Source of the DNA: Planctomycetales bacterium
GTDB taxonomy: Bacteria > 4484-113
Direction of reading: 5' to 3'
Length of the DNA: 64,000 nt
Assembly (NCBI GenBank): GCA_037441675.1
Contig: JBBIRS010000001.1
Coordinates: 192,001 to 256,000 of the forward strand
In this document: positions 39,843 to 50,530 of the stretch, piece after piece
Layout of the letters: each line of letters starts with the position of its first letter
How positions within the stretch are numbered: position 1 is the first letter of the stretch
Program-made: the position numbers and the translations under genes
Notes under the pieces: generated by a model
The model's input: the letters and a program-made list of their open reading frames with translations, nothing else
Databases searched by the model: none
Told to the model about the DNA's origin: nothing

Positions 39843-41576
39843 ATGAAAGAGCAAAATACATCTCTTATGCCTAAAGCACGTGGATTTACCCTCATTGAGA
39901 TGATGGTAGTTCTTCTTATTACATCCATCGTGCTTCTGATTCTTGGGGCTCTCAGTAAAGCCACTTTTGATATTCTGCGCGCCGGTGAAAGTCGCGCTCA
40001 ACTTACTCGTAACGCTACCTTGGCAATTGATTATCTTGCAAGAGATATTGAAAGCGCTACCGCCATACCCAGGATGGATGATCGTGATCTAAATGGTGTT
40101 CCAGATAATGACACGGTTGCTGGGTATGGTTCTGATGCCAGATGGGTAGTTGGCTATAAGGTCGGTGATAATTACTTTATACCTTCGAGTTTCTTTATGA
40201 GTGAAGCCTGGTCAGACCATCTAAAAACTCTACACGCATCAGCGTATCGTGTGGACTTGAGCGGTGGGGTCATATATGAAGAACTATCCCCGCCAAAAAA
40301 CATTCGGATCCAGGGTGGGCGAGTCGCTAGCTACACATCTTACTTCCGTCTTGCAATTCCTACTACCCAAGAGAGTAATCATCCCTACCACCTTTCATCT
40401 TATGGAAATGTGTTTCTTCAGAATAACACCTACCCCGAGAGTGTAGCAGTAGGTTTTAGAACTGAGACAGCAGTTCTTACCCAGGATATAACTCAAACCT
40501 ATCGTTCTTATGGTGAACCAGAAGTAGAATCTGCTAAGCCGCTTTCAGAGGACTATCCTTATTACTACTACCCCTTTTATAATCAACCCATAGGAACGAA
40601 TATCACCAGAATACTCTTTGAATACTTCCACGAGGTGCCTGTCTACAAAGTAAGTTCTGAAGGAAGAGTCGCATACCGCAATCTTGCAAATGGGGATATT
40701 TCCTTTGAAGATGCGCCGACATGGGCTGAAGGTGGCACTGTTGGTGTGGTCTCTAGCTCAGTCCCCATTATTGACCATTTTGAACTTAAACACGTTGATG
40801 TTGTTGATAATTTAGAAACAAGCTACAGTATCCAAGACCAATACACGGATTTATTTTACTCTAGGGCTATTCGGAATCAACCACCGTTTCCAGATCCTGG
40901 ATGGTTTGCCCCGCCGTGGGGTGATCAGTCTGCCTACAATAGCTGGAACATTGGATTCTACTGGAACAATCCTCCAGACAGCCCCGACAATCCACCGCTG
41001 GATCATTATGCCTGGACCACTGATGGTGAGTTTAGGGCAATTAGATATGATACCGCCTATCTTCTCGGTAATGATAATTCGCGCCCAACGGGAGAGGATG
41101 TTGGGAATGCTGATGGAATACCTGATGGAGATGGCAAGCCGGATGACCCGGTCCCCACATTCTGGCTACCCTATGTTCGTGCTGTGCGTATAACTATTGT
41201 TGCGACTCCAACTAGCGTAATAAATCAACGTTTGAAATTATCAGGCGTTGAACGCGGCGGAAGAACTTACTATTACACCATTGACAGCCCAGTCCCCTAT
41301 CTTGATGTGAACCGAACTGTTCCTGCATATTCCGCCAAGGACTTTTACGTCGGCGAGGGCAAGGATGTCATCGTTACACGCACTGTTTATCTAAAGAAAA
41401 CCTTTAAGCTTGACCTGATAATCGATCCAACAGACTCAAGGCTCGGTGGGCGAAGAAGGGCGGATGAAAATTTCTTCCGTGGGGTAGAGTACGCTTTTGT
41501 TGACCCCCTTGATCCAGATTCCCTTATTCCCCCTCTTACTCCATACCAGAAGTATAGGGTTCTCAATCCAAATTAG
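39843..41576 (+). CDS. Large prepilin-type protein, PilW/GspJ-like
   Basis: ARG|FTLIEMMVV; AIDYLARDIESA; NITRILFEY and VRAVRITI C-terminal strands; 577 aa. Confidence 0.85.
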   Translation: MKEQNTSLMPKARGFTLIEMMVVLLITSIVLLILGALSKATFDILRAGESRAQLTRNATLAIDYLARDIESATAIPRMDDRDLNGVPDNDTVAGYGSDARWVVGYKVGDNYFIPSSFFMSEAWSDHLKTLHASAYRVDLSGGVIYEELSPPKNIRIQGGRVASYTSYFRLAIPTTQESNHPYHLSSYGNVFLQNNTYPESVAVGFRTETAVLTQDITQTYRSYGEPEVESAKPLSEDYPYYYYPFYNQPIGTNITRILFEYFHEVPVYKVSSEGRVAYRNLANGDISFEDAPTWAEGGTVGVVSSSVPIIDHFELKHVDVVDNLETSYSIQDQYTDLFYSRAIRNQPPFPDPGWFAPPWGDQSAYNSWNIGFYWNNPPDSPDNPPLDHYAWTTDGEFRAIRYDTAYLLGNDNSRPTGEDVGNADGIPDGDGKPDDPVPTFWLPYVRAVRITIVATPTSVINQRLKLSGVERGGRTYYYTIDSPVPYLDVNRTVPAYSAKDFYVGEGKDVIVTRTVYLKKTFKLDLIIDPTDSRLGGRRRADENFFRGVEYAFVDPLDPDSLIPPLTPYQKYRVLNPN

Positions 41577-41739
41577 AGCAATCTTCGTCCATACACTTTG
41601 AATGTGCATAGAGTATTTCCTCTGGTACTCTAAAAAACTTCAGTCATTCATCAATTATCTATTGATTAGATTATGAAATAGTGGGTAGAATTAAAATGAC
41701 ATTAAACATTACCCAAGTAGAAGAGAGAACTGAAGAAAT

Positions 41740-44700
41740 ATGCTAGGCTTGTGGATAAAAAGGGATACACAAGGCGGGTTTGTTTTGCTCGCCGTAATTG
41801 CTTTCATAGCGATACTTCTCCCAATTGTCATTGTTATTTTATCAATCGTCGCTTCGGAAACCCACTCAGTTGGGGAGACAATTAAAGGCTCAAAGGCTGA
41901 GACCGCTGTGGATATGGCTATTGCTGGTGCCATTTCCTTAATAATCCAGGAAAAGCAACTTCCCAACTTTTGGGTAAGTGTAACACAACCCAACAATGCG
42001 ATAATCGTGGATGATGGTTTTGGTAATCGTCGTAATGATATTGCCAATAATGGCGCGGGCTTAGACGGTATTTATGGAACCGAGGACGATTACTGGATTG
42101 GCCCGAGAAAGGATAGGAGTTTCCTTCCGGGAGATGACCCGGACGACCCCCGAAACTACAACTACGATTTCCGATATCTGAATAATCACGGCCCAGCATA
42201 CTTGGCGCAAAGATGGGCTTTCTCCCTTGAGCGTAATCCCTTTTTCTTCGTGAGAACACCTCAGGCAGCCCCGGGTTTCATCCCTATTGAGCTATACAAC
42301 CAATTCGCTGCAGTCCGATCAGATGACGATGATGATGGTGTACCGGAGGGCTTCATCCCGGATGAGCTTGATATGCTTCTAACTCCGGGATACTACCCCA
42401 CCGCAATGCCAAGAAACGGTCCATACAACATAGACCTTACATCTCCCACCATTTTCCGTGATATGCTCAACTATCGTGTTCAGCCTTATTATGGCATCAC
42501 TGAGAATCTAGAGGAGGGACCTCTTCCCTCAAAATTTACGCGCTCTTATGCTTCTATAACAGATGAAAATGGACGCCTGAATCTAAATATATTCGTCAAA
42601 AAATTACGAGTATGGGCTCCTGAAGATAGCTCTTATGATAGTAGTGCACTGGATGGTCGTGCGACTTCGGATTTTAATGGCAACCAGATCCCAAATGAAT
42701 CAGGCTGGCATTGGATAGACAACCCGCTCTTCCCTGATAGGGATACGACATTAAAAGCCGACGGAACTCCCATTGATTTTGGAAGGTTAAGTAATAGTCC
42801 GAACCCCGCTTTAAGATTTCCAATAGATGGACAGGATGATATTGCAATAGCAGAACTCGGTGAAACTGTCCAGCATCTCTACTCAGAAGATTGGTATCTT
42901 TCAGCGAAGAAAAGTCTAAGTATGCTAGAAGCTTTACCTGGTATTGATCGTGAAATTGCTGAAAACATCCTTCAAACACTTAATCCCGTCTTTCCTAGCG
43001 ATGTTCAAACAAATTGGCCGCCTACGTCGAATAACGAGCGACCAGATGTGCCTAATCTCACTCCAGCCCTGATAGCAATTGACGTAACGACGGGTTTGGG
43101 AGGGGAAATAACTGATGTTGCTTGGGATTATTCACGGACTCAAGAGGACGACCTTCCTCTTCCTCAGCCCAAGCCATTCAACGATGTTAAGGAGCTATTA
43201 AATGTTCCTGGCGTGACCGTCACAAAGTACGAAAGGCTTAAGGACTTTGTGACAGTCTTTTCCTACGACACCAACGTCATTCAGAACTACATATCAGATG
43301 TTTCTTCTACGGTTGATCCAATCAATCCTCCGGATCTACCCCCGGGTTCCACTCGTAGAGAGATACCAGAATACTTAATTGATAGGGACAGTGTCCCAGA
43401 TTTGCGTTACGACTTAAATAAGCCTCTTCAGGATACATCTCTTTCCGCCCTAAGGGAAGAAGCGGACATACTTTATAAACACATTTTTAATCATTTACCT
43501 CTCCCAAACTTTCAGAAAATCTCGCTTCCAGTAATAGATAGGGCAGGAAGGGGTCCAAGCGATCACCTTCAGTCTGGTTTTAGAAGTCCATGGAATAACT
43601 CGTGTCCATATAATGTAGCGGAAACCGGCCATGAATATCCGTTGGAAGATGGCAGGGATTATGCTGCTCTTGACCCACCATTTTCCAGAGATTCAGCTCT
43701 ATCCATTCTCCTGTACCGTCACGGATTACGTCAAGAAACAGCCTATCACGGTTATGGTGAGCCGGGGCGTGAAGTGCGACCTGGTATTCCTGTTCCTGGT
43801 ACTCGCTCCTTTATTCCAATTGTTGAACCAATAATAATTCCAGGCTTTCTTAGCCTATATTTCCAGCCATCTTTCATTCCAGACCTTGAAACAACGCAAG
43901 AGTATGCAGAAATTCCGCCTCATACCTTTAGCTCAGTTGCTGATTTGCTTGAGGTTCCACTCTACAAGTTTAGCCAATTCAGTGTTGATATCATGGCAGA
44001 TCCACCCTCTGCCGCTCTTTGTCGCACTCGTGGTAACGATGAGGTCACCGTTCGTTACTATCTAACACTCTCTGATGTGCTTAAGGCTGGTGAATACAAC
44101 GACAACGGAACGCCCAGTGATCCAACCGACGATTCTCTGGCTTTCACTTATGAGATTGCCTGGGACTACAACAATGATGGCGTTCCGGAAGCTGAGATAC
44201 CTTTAGCTCTGAACGATACTCTTCGCCTGATAGGTCCACCGCCAACCCCGGAAAGACCTGCGGTTCTCACAACCTTCGATCAGGCGACAGGGCAAAGATA
44301 TATCACCTTTGATTGGACTTTCCAAGTTCAGGATGTTCCGAAAAAGGATAAGACTCTTGCGGGAACTTCAAGTGGAGATTTTGCCTATGATGCTTTCGGT
44401 AATCCATTCATAATAGGGCGAGCCCTCGGTGTAAAAGCTAGAGGAACTTCTGAGGAGACTCAAGCGGACGCTATAGTCCGAGTATACTTGCAGGAAAACT
44501 GCACCATCCCTCCACCCTTGAAGGTAAGTATCCTAGCTGTCCGTCAAAGTGAAGATACATTTATGCTGATGTCTTCAGTCGCCGGTGGAGTAGAGGATCC
44601 CAATCCGCTGAGAATCTATGATTGGGATATTGATGGCACACCTACGGACATAAATGGCACTTATCCGCCACAACCAAATGGTCGTGACCCAAGGACTGCG

Positions 44701-47700
44701 GTTGTTAGCCTCAATTCTCCGATTGTTAGACTAACCGTTTACGATATGTATGCGGAAGGTCTACCACCGGGAATTAGAATGCACCCGCCTGATAAAGTGA
44801 TACCACCAGGCATTTGGACAGCGATGTGGTTACCAAACGGCAGGCTTAATCCGGTATTTGGGGCAAATTGGGATCTACTTCCCGAGTCGAAGGACACTGA
44901 TGTCGGGGAAGTTGAACTGGTCGGAACTATTCCGCAAGTGCGTGCAGAAGTCGCTGTTGAACCTCCATCCATTGGCAGGGGTGATAACGTAGTAGTCCAC
45001 GTTGGTGCCTATGGCGGTAGGAGCCCCTACGATATTGATGTTCAAATTACCGGAGTAACATCTGGGACAGTGCTCTCCTATACCGCAAATGATTATGAAA
45101 GCAACACGCTCACCTTTGAAATTGGTCCCTTTACAGTTGAAGATGATTACAATGTAGCCCTTACCGTTACTGATTCCACTACTCCCATACCAACGGTAGA
45201 TGTTGATACAACATCACTAATTGTAGGCACAGCGGGAAGTCGTGGTCAGAGGTTTACGAACGTTCCCCAAATGGTTGCTTCTATCAACCTAGAGGAATTA
45301 GACTTGCCCAACAAAGGCTTCCGCGCCACTATGAGCGTAAGTGGCGGTAGAGGTGGATTAGGCTACTACTGGCAGGTATTTGATGAGAATGGACAAATAG
45401 CCCGCGACATAGAAGGTCGTGAGATGGTTTCCAACGAGCCCGCACCGGTCTTTCAATTTGACCCAAGTGCCGCGTCTGATGGCGTTTATATGGTAAAGGG
45501 GATGGTGATTGACCAGGCGGACGTTAATCCATACGTGGCATCCAATGTAACTATGGCGACGGATTCAGCGATGGTTGTCATTGCCTCAAGTGGTAGCGAC
45601 TTTGAAAACGAACCGATGGCTATTCTCTCTGCAACACCTCCGGGAAATGACGCTAGTGCCTTGGATACAACTCCTCAACCACCACCCGCAGTTTATGGCG
45701 CGGGGCCAGAGCCTATAATTACCACAGAAGCTGGCATACCCGGCGTAAGCCCTGAGATTGCTGGAGTTGGCTCAAGCATTGAAATACGAGGCTACAACTT
45801 TAACTCTAACCCAGCGAACAACATAGTTCACTTTGGTGGCGGAGTAAGTGCGGAAGCATACTCCGTGGAGGACGACCCAAGTTACGCCGGTCCACCTCCT
45901 GTAAGGCAAATTCTACGAGTTATTGTTCCTGATGGAGCTCGCTCCGGTTGGCTTTACGTCACTGTAAACGTTGGTGGTAATGGTGGCGTTTCAAATAGTG
46001 TTTTCTTCCAAACCCGTTTCGTGGTGAACTTTGATTTGATAGCTTCGGTTAGCCCGCAAGTGAATCACAGATACACCTACGAACTGGACTTTCAGGGTGA
46101 TGGAATCTATGACGTCCTGATTGACACCTCATCAACTGGAACCAATCCTCGTCAAATGCGTCACGAAAATAATCTTTCTCTCCAGCATGACTATGCTTCG
46201 GATGGTTTTGGAAACTACCAGGCGACATTGAAAGTAACAGATACAACTTCCGGTAGGGTGGAGATTGGTCATCAGCTGATTCAAGTGCGTAACCTAAGAC
46301 CCGTAATGACAAGTTCGAGTAATGCCCCGGAAGCTTTCGGCTTAATTACAAGCCTCATTCCTTCCATAGTGGAGAGATACCCAATACCAGGCTCTGGACT
46401 TACCGTGAGAACCTCTACAGGCGGTATGTCATCCTTATCAGGCATTCGCTATAAGTGGAATATAGACGGCAATGCTCGTGGAAGCTCAGTTCGGGCAACT
46501 TATCCAAGTCCAGCCAATCCGGGAAGAACCTTGAACGTGAACTTGTTTGCGACTGTCTCCGCTGATGCCACCTTTGCCAGCATTGGTATTCCAATAAAGT
46601 ATTTTGCCAACCTCAGATTCAACTTTACTACTACCGATACTGACATATTTAATATCACCTTAGATGAAGATGAAAGCCAGACCATCCTTGAATGGGACTT
46701 TAATGGTGATACAACGCCTGATTACATTAGTTCAGCAGGAGCAATAACCGCAAGCACCTATACAGCTCTTGCGAAAGCAATGGCGACTGCTGACCAAACT
46801 ATATTCAACACCATTGGCGACTACACAGGTTTTCTTAGGGTTTCCACTCGTGCAATTGTTACCGATAACAATAATAACCAGTATCCTGTAGCGATCACCT
46901 TCGCTACACCGCTTAATCTTCCCACAGTGACCATTAGCAACGTACTCAACACTTTATATCTTCCCTCCCTTGGCAATGACACTGATCATCTAATCTCTGT
47001 AACTGCGGTGGCGGAGGAAATTGACTCTGCCACAGGTGTTACAAGGTTTATTTCCGCCACGGATACAATTCACATTCCAAGCGCGAACAATCCGCTAAAT
47101 AACGTATTTGCATATTCAGGAACGGAGCCCCCATATAGCATTGGTAATACAGCGAGCACCATCAACTACACATTAATCGGAATATACGGTTCAGGCGCGC
47201 CATTGAATTTCTGGGCTGATATTAATACGGATGGATACTTTGAAATAGGTCAGATAAACTACTTTAATCCCCAGTCAGTTTCAAGAGTTACAGCCCAAAA
47301 TGATATTAATCGCTTGAACCCAGGTGCTACTAATTCTTTCCCGACTGAGCTGCCTGGTGTCAACTTCACCTTAATAAGCGTGCAAACCCCAATTGTAGCC
47401 GCAAAGGGAGTATACACTTCCTACGCACTGATCAAGGACGCCGGGGGAGTGGGTAGTGTTGGTGGGAGAAGCAGGACGCAAACCTACGCCTTTGAAACAC
47501 AAGAAATATTCGTGGGCGGTGGCAGAAGCGGAGGCGGTGGCGCATTAAGGCTCGCGGTTGATATTTTCCTTAATCCTCTGGTTGGCACGACAACCCAAGC
47601 GGTTGACTTCCAGTCCTTCGTCTCTGGTGGAACTCTGCCTTACAGTTACCAGTGGACAATTAGGCGGGTAGATACTGGTACAATAATCAACTTTGAAAAT

Positions 47701-50289
47701 CCAACGCAAGCGAATATACCAAATCCCGTCTTTGTTGCTGCAACCGATGCTATTGACGAATCTACAAGTGTTGGCTTTCCACTAGAGGGTGATTATGAAG
47801 TTCAGCTAACCGTTTTTGATGCCTTCGGTGCGGTAGCTGGAAGCAAGAGAGTTATTTTAACTCTAAAATCAGTTGCCCTGTCCGCCCAGCTAATGGCGGT
47901 TCCGCCATCCGCAACAGTTGATGAGCCGGTTAACTACATAGTCTATATTGATGGTGGTCAACCGCCATATCAAGTGACTATTTCCTACGACGATCCGAAC
48001 GATGCTAGGGTGGACACGGTAACAACTTGGGGAAGTTACGCTTTCTTCTCCCACGTCTATGACGCAGTATGGCTGGATAGAAGCACTCCAGCCAACGGAA
48101 GATACGATGACCCAGAAGATGGTGTTGACCCATACATAATCGTTACAGATAGTTCCACTCCACCTCAGAGAGTAGTTGGAATAGAGGGCGACCCAGACTT
48201 CTCCATTAACGCAGTTCAGAAGGTATTGGTGGGAGAGAGGCTTCCTCTTAATATTACATTGGTGGCAGCGCCAACAAGCGGTAATGATAATTTTGATATT
48301 CAAGTTAACTACTCGGTAGCAGGCGGAAGGAAATTCTCAAGTGGTTCTTTAGGTCAGTTAGGTGGTTTTGGTGCAGGCAGAAACAGGTTCAGCCTCGGCT
48401 CTGAAGACGACTACTTCGTGACAGTTGCTCTGATTGAAGCTGGTGGCTCGACGCCATCAGGCGGGTTTAGGCAAAGTGGGTTCGGGGGATTATTTGGTGC
48501 AGGTTTTGGAAGGTTCTCCGACGTTACGTTCCGAACTCAGGCTACAACCATAATCAACCCATTAGGGGATGACGGTATCTTTATGAATGGAGATTCTGGT
48601 GAGGTTTACGACCCAATTTACTTCCATATACCTCAACCTGGCAACTACATAGTTATGGCTTTTGTTAGTGATGGCGCTGGCGAATGGGCGGTTGACCAAA
48701 CTAGAATTTACTCTGAGGGTTATCTATCTCCTGCGCCCACCTCTACCACAAAAGCTCCAAAGGTGCGAGTTGATGGGGATGGTAGACCCTTGCACGCCGT
48801 TCGCATTTGGACTGATCCTCTCTATGTTGATAGTCGCGGCGGAGACTACAATAGTAATGACTACAGATTGAGAGAGGCTGATATACAGGTATTTGGCGAC
48901 CTACTGACTGTTGATCCAAGCCCGAACTTCCTCTCCCCAGCAATGTTTGCGGCGAAAGATCCGAGTGACGCAAGCCCATACAGTATGAGCTACCTCCTTA
49001 ATCCGGAAGACCCAACGCCAGTAGATTTCTATGATACGTTCACCATAGGTAGAGTGAATATCAACACAGCCTCAGAAGAAGTTCTCGCAGCGGTGTTTGG
49101 CAAGATAATAAAGCGAAGGGGTTATTATGAGGAAGATGATACCGCTCAGGATCCGCCGAGATGGAAGCGAGGCGATAGAAATTATTCCGAGGACGTTTAT
49201 CTTTCTCGCGAGGAGGCTCGTGCCTTAGCGCGAGCAGTTGTGGAATACAGGAATGCTTATTATGATGCCTATAAACCGAGAGTGTCTGGTGGTGGCTTTT
49301 TCTACGGTCATGGCACTTCCAATAATCCTTACCAAAGTGGAGACATCAGAGTTGACCATCTACCGGTAATTGGTCCATGGGATGGCGTTAATCCTAAGGT
49401 TTATGATGTGAATAGTCGTGACGCTGAACTGCCAGATTATCGAGATATAACAGTAATCAACACATGGGACAACTACCGCGGAAACTACTATAACCTTGAG
49501 TCTACCACGGGAAGCTTCCCGCTTAAATTCTACGCGCCTAGCGATATTGCAGTAGTTCGCGCCCAGCGACCAGGTGAATCCGATGAGGCTTATGCTAAAT
49601 ACCTTAATGACACACTCGCTAACAACACCGAGTTAACCGATCCCTTGGGCATAGATACCACCGCAGGTTTTGATGCCAGACACTACTTCGTCTATGACAC
49701 TAGCCAGGGAGAGGATCGTTCGGATGCGCGCAACCGAATAGCAATTATAAACAGCAATGGCGAGAGCGGTTACACCTTCATTCCCAACCCGCCGTTCCAG
49801 TCTATTTTTGACCTTTACAAGGTTGTGGGCGTGTCTGATCCTGACCTTTACGCTTTGGTTGACCCCAATCCTCGTTCCTTTGATCTGTACCAAAACGGTG
49901 ACGGTATTAAGTTTGATCCAACAACATTTTTCACTGTCAATGAACGCACCCTTTCAGGCCCAAGTCTCTTCAGGTATTCAGAAATCTGGGATTGGCGGGA
50001 GAATAGATTCCTCCCCACCGCAAATTATCTTGACGACATAGCCCCCTACATCACGACAAGAACATACATGTATCGTATTCTAGGTATTGGTGGAGTTGAT
50101 ATCTCTGGTTTAACTGAAAATAATCCAGTTACCCTAGATAGAATTGATCGTGACATGAGTAAAGAGATAATAATAGACGCAGGTAATATGCGACTACCTT
50201 CGGAAAGCTCGATATTTGGTACAACTATCAGAAGTGGAGGTCCATACACCGTCGTTTACGAGGAGCGTTCTTCTGGCGCATTAGAGTAG
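41740..50289 (+). CDS. Giant GspK/PilX-like tip pilin with PKD/Ig-like and IPT/TIG modules
   Basis: QGG|FVLLA (no E5); ITDENGRLNLN; PFNDVKELLNVPGV..YERLKDFVTV; GRVNINTASEEVL; YITTRTYMYRI; central beta-rich repeats. Confidence 0.85.
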   Translation: MLGLWIKRDTQGGFVLLAVIAFIAILLPIVIVILSIVASETHSVGETIKGSKAETAVDMAIAGAISLIIQEKQLPNFWVSVTQPNNAIIVDDGFGNRRNDIANNGAGLDGIYGTEDDYWIGPRKDRSFLPGDDPDDPRNYNYDFRYLNNHGPAYLAQRWAFSLERNPFFFVRTPQAAPGFIPIELYNQFAAVRSDDDDDGVPEGFIPDELDMLLTPGYYPTAMPRNGPYNIDLTSPTIFRDMLNYRVQPYYGITENLEEGPLPSKFTRSYASITDENGRLNLNIFVKKLRVWAPEDSSYDSSALDGRATSDFNGNQIPNESGWHWIDNPLFPDRDTTLKADGTPIDFGRLSNSPNPALRFPIDGQDDIAIAELGETVQHLYSEDWYLSAKKSLSMLEALPGIDREIAENILQTLNPVFPSDVQTNWPPTSNNERPDVPNLTPALIAIDVTTGLGGEITDVAWDYSRTQEDDLPLPQPKPFNDVKELLNVPGVTVTKYERLKDFVTVFSYDTNVIQNYISDVSSTVDPINPPDLPPGSTRREIPEYLIDRDSVPDLRYDLNKPLQDTSLSALREEADILYKHIFNHLPLPNFQKISLPVIDRAGRGPSDHLQSGFRSPWNNSCPYNVAETGHEYPLEDGRDYAALDPPFSRDSALSILLYRHGLRQETAYHGYGEPGREVRPGIPVPGTRSFIPIVEPIIIPGFLSLYFQPSFIPDLETTQEYAEIPPHTFSSVADLLEVPLYKFSQFSVDIMADPPSAALCRTRGNDEVTVRYYLTLSDVLKAGEYNDNGTPSDPTDDSLAFTYEIAWDYNNDGVPEAEIPLALNDTLRLIGPPPTPERPAVLTTFDQATGQRYITFDWTFQVQDVPKKDKTLAGTSSGDFAYDAFGNPFIIGRALGVKARGTSEETQADAIVRVYLQENCTIPPPLKVSILAVRQSEDTFMLMSSVAGGVEDPNPLRIYDWDIDGTPTDINGTYPPQPNGRDPRTAVVSLNSPIVRLTVYDMYAEGLPPGIRMHPPDKVIPPGIWTAMWLPNGRLNPVFGANWDLLPESKDTDVGEVELVGTIPQVRAEVAVEPPSIGRGDNVVVHVGAYGGRSPYDIDVQITGVTSGTVLSYTANDYESNTLTFEIGPFTVEDDYNVALTVTDSTTPIPTVDVDTTSLIVGTAGSRGQRFTNVPQMVASINLEELDLPNKGFRATMSVSGGRGGLGYYWQVFDENGQIARDIEGREMVSNEPAPVFQFDPSAASDGVYMVKGMVIDQADVNPYVASNVTMATDSAMVVIASSGSDFENEPMAILSATPPGNDASALDTTPQPPPAVYGAGPEPIITTEAGIPGVSPEIAGVGSSIEIRGYNFNSNPANNIVHFGGGVSAEAYSVEDDPSYAGPPPVRQILRVIVPDGARSGWLYVTVNVGGNGGVSNSVFFQTRFVVNFDLIASVSPQVNHRYTYELDFQGDGIYDVLIDTSSTGTNPRQMRHENNLSLQHDYASDGFGNYQATLKVTDTTSGRVEIGHQLIQVRNLRPVMTSSSNAPEAFGLITSLIPSIVERYPIPGSGLTVRTSTGGMSSLSGIRYKWNIDGNARGSSVRATYPSPANPGRTLNVNLFATVSADATFASIGIPIKYFANLRFNFTTTDTDIFNITLDEDESQTILEWDFNGDTTPDYISSAGAITASTYTALAKAMATADQTIFNTIGDYTGFLRVSTRAIVTDNNNNQYPVAITFATPLNLPTVTISNVLNTLYLPSLGNDTDHLISVTAVAEEIDSATGVTRFISATDTIHIPSANNPLNNVFAYSGTEPPYSIGNTASTINYTLIGIYGSGAPLNFWADINTDGYFEIGQINYFNPQSVSRVTAQNDINRLNPGATNSFPTELPGVNFTLISVQTPIVAAKGVYTSYALIKDAGGVGSVGGRSRTQTYAFETQEIFVGGGRSGGGGALRLAVDIFLNPLVGTTTQAVDFQSFVSGGTLPYSYQWTIRRVDTGTIINFENPTQANIPNPVFVAATDAIDESTSVGFPLEGDYEVQLTVFDAFGAVAGSKRVILTLKSVALSAQLMAVPPSATVDEPVNYIVYIDGGQPPYQVTISYDDPNDARVDTVTTWGSYAFFSHVYDAVWLDRSTPANGRYDDPEDGVDPYIIVTDSSTPPQRVVGIEGDPDFSINAVQKVLVGERLPLNITLVAAPTSGNDNFDIQVNYSVAGGRKFSSGSLGQLGGFGAGRNRFSLGSEDDYFVTVALIEAGGSTPSGGFRQSGFGGLFGAGFGRFSDVTFRTQATTIINPLGDDGIFMNGDSGEVYDPIYFHIPQPGNYIVMAFVSDGAGEWAVDQTRIYSEGYLSPAPTSTTKAPKVRVDGDGRPLHAVRIWTDPLYVDSRGGDYNSNDYRLREADIQVFGDLLTVDPSPNFLSPAMFAAKDPSDASPYSMSYLLNPEDPTPVDFYDTFTIGRVNINTASEEVLAAVFGKIIKRRGYYEEDDTAQDPPRWKRGDRNYSEDVYLSREEARALARAVVEYRNAYYDAYKPRVSGGGFFYGHGTSNNPYQSGDIRVDHLPVIGPWDGVNPKVYDVNSRDAELPDYRDITVINTWDNYRGNYYNLESTTGSFPLKFYAPSDIAVVRAQRPGESDEAYAKYLNDTLANNTELTDPLGIDTTAGFDARHYFVYDTSQGEDRSDARNRIAIINSNGESGYTFIPNPPFQSIFDLYKVVGVSDPDLYALVDPNPRSFDLYQNGDGIKFDPTTFFTVNERTLSGPSLFRYSEIWDWRENRFLPTANYLDDIAPYITTRTYMYRILGIGGVDISGLTENNPVTLDRIDRDMSKEIIIDAGNMRLPSESSIFGTTIRSGGPYTVVYEERSSGALE

Positions 50290-50383
50290 ATGATCTTGAT
50301 TCATTCTTTCAAGTGAAATGTAGGGCGACCTTCAAAGAATATCTTCGGTTTCAAATCCACAAAACCGATAATTTGAGTGTTTC

Positions 50384-50412
50384 TTGACAGGATAATCTTT
50401 ATCCCTTAAAAT
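50384..50412 (+). promoter_or_regulatory. Sigma70-type promoter for the secretin gene, with a palindrome in the spacer
   Basis: TTGACA-N17-TAAAAT; spacer contains GGATAA-TCT-TTATCC. Confidence 0.75.
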
Positions 50413-50530
50413 CACTTAGTCAATTTGATATTAACAAGTAAGTTTTGCTTTTACAATCCCAGGGGGAATGGCAAGGCGGAGACGCGCGTTGATATTAAAA
50501 CTAAATTGGTAGTTTAGGAGGGAATCTCTT

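Noticed and set aside
42900..43265. HhH motifs in the giant pilin as evidence of ComEA-like DNA uptake
   Set aside because: The same motifs are intrinsic to GspK; no comEC or dprA nearby, and the protein is very acidic
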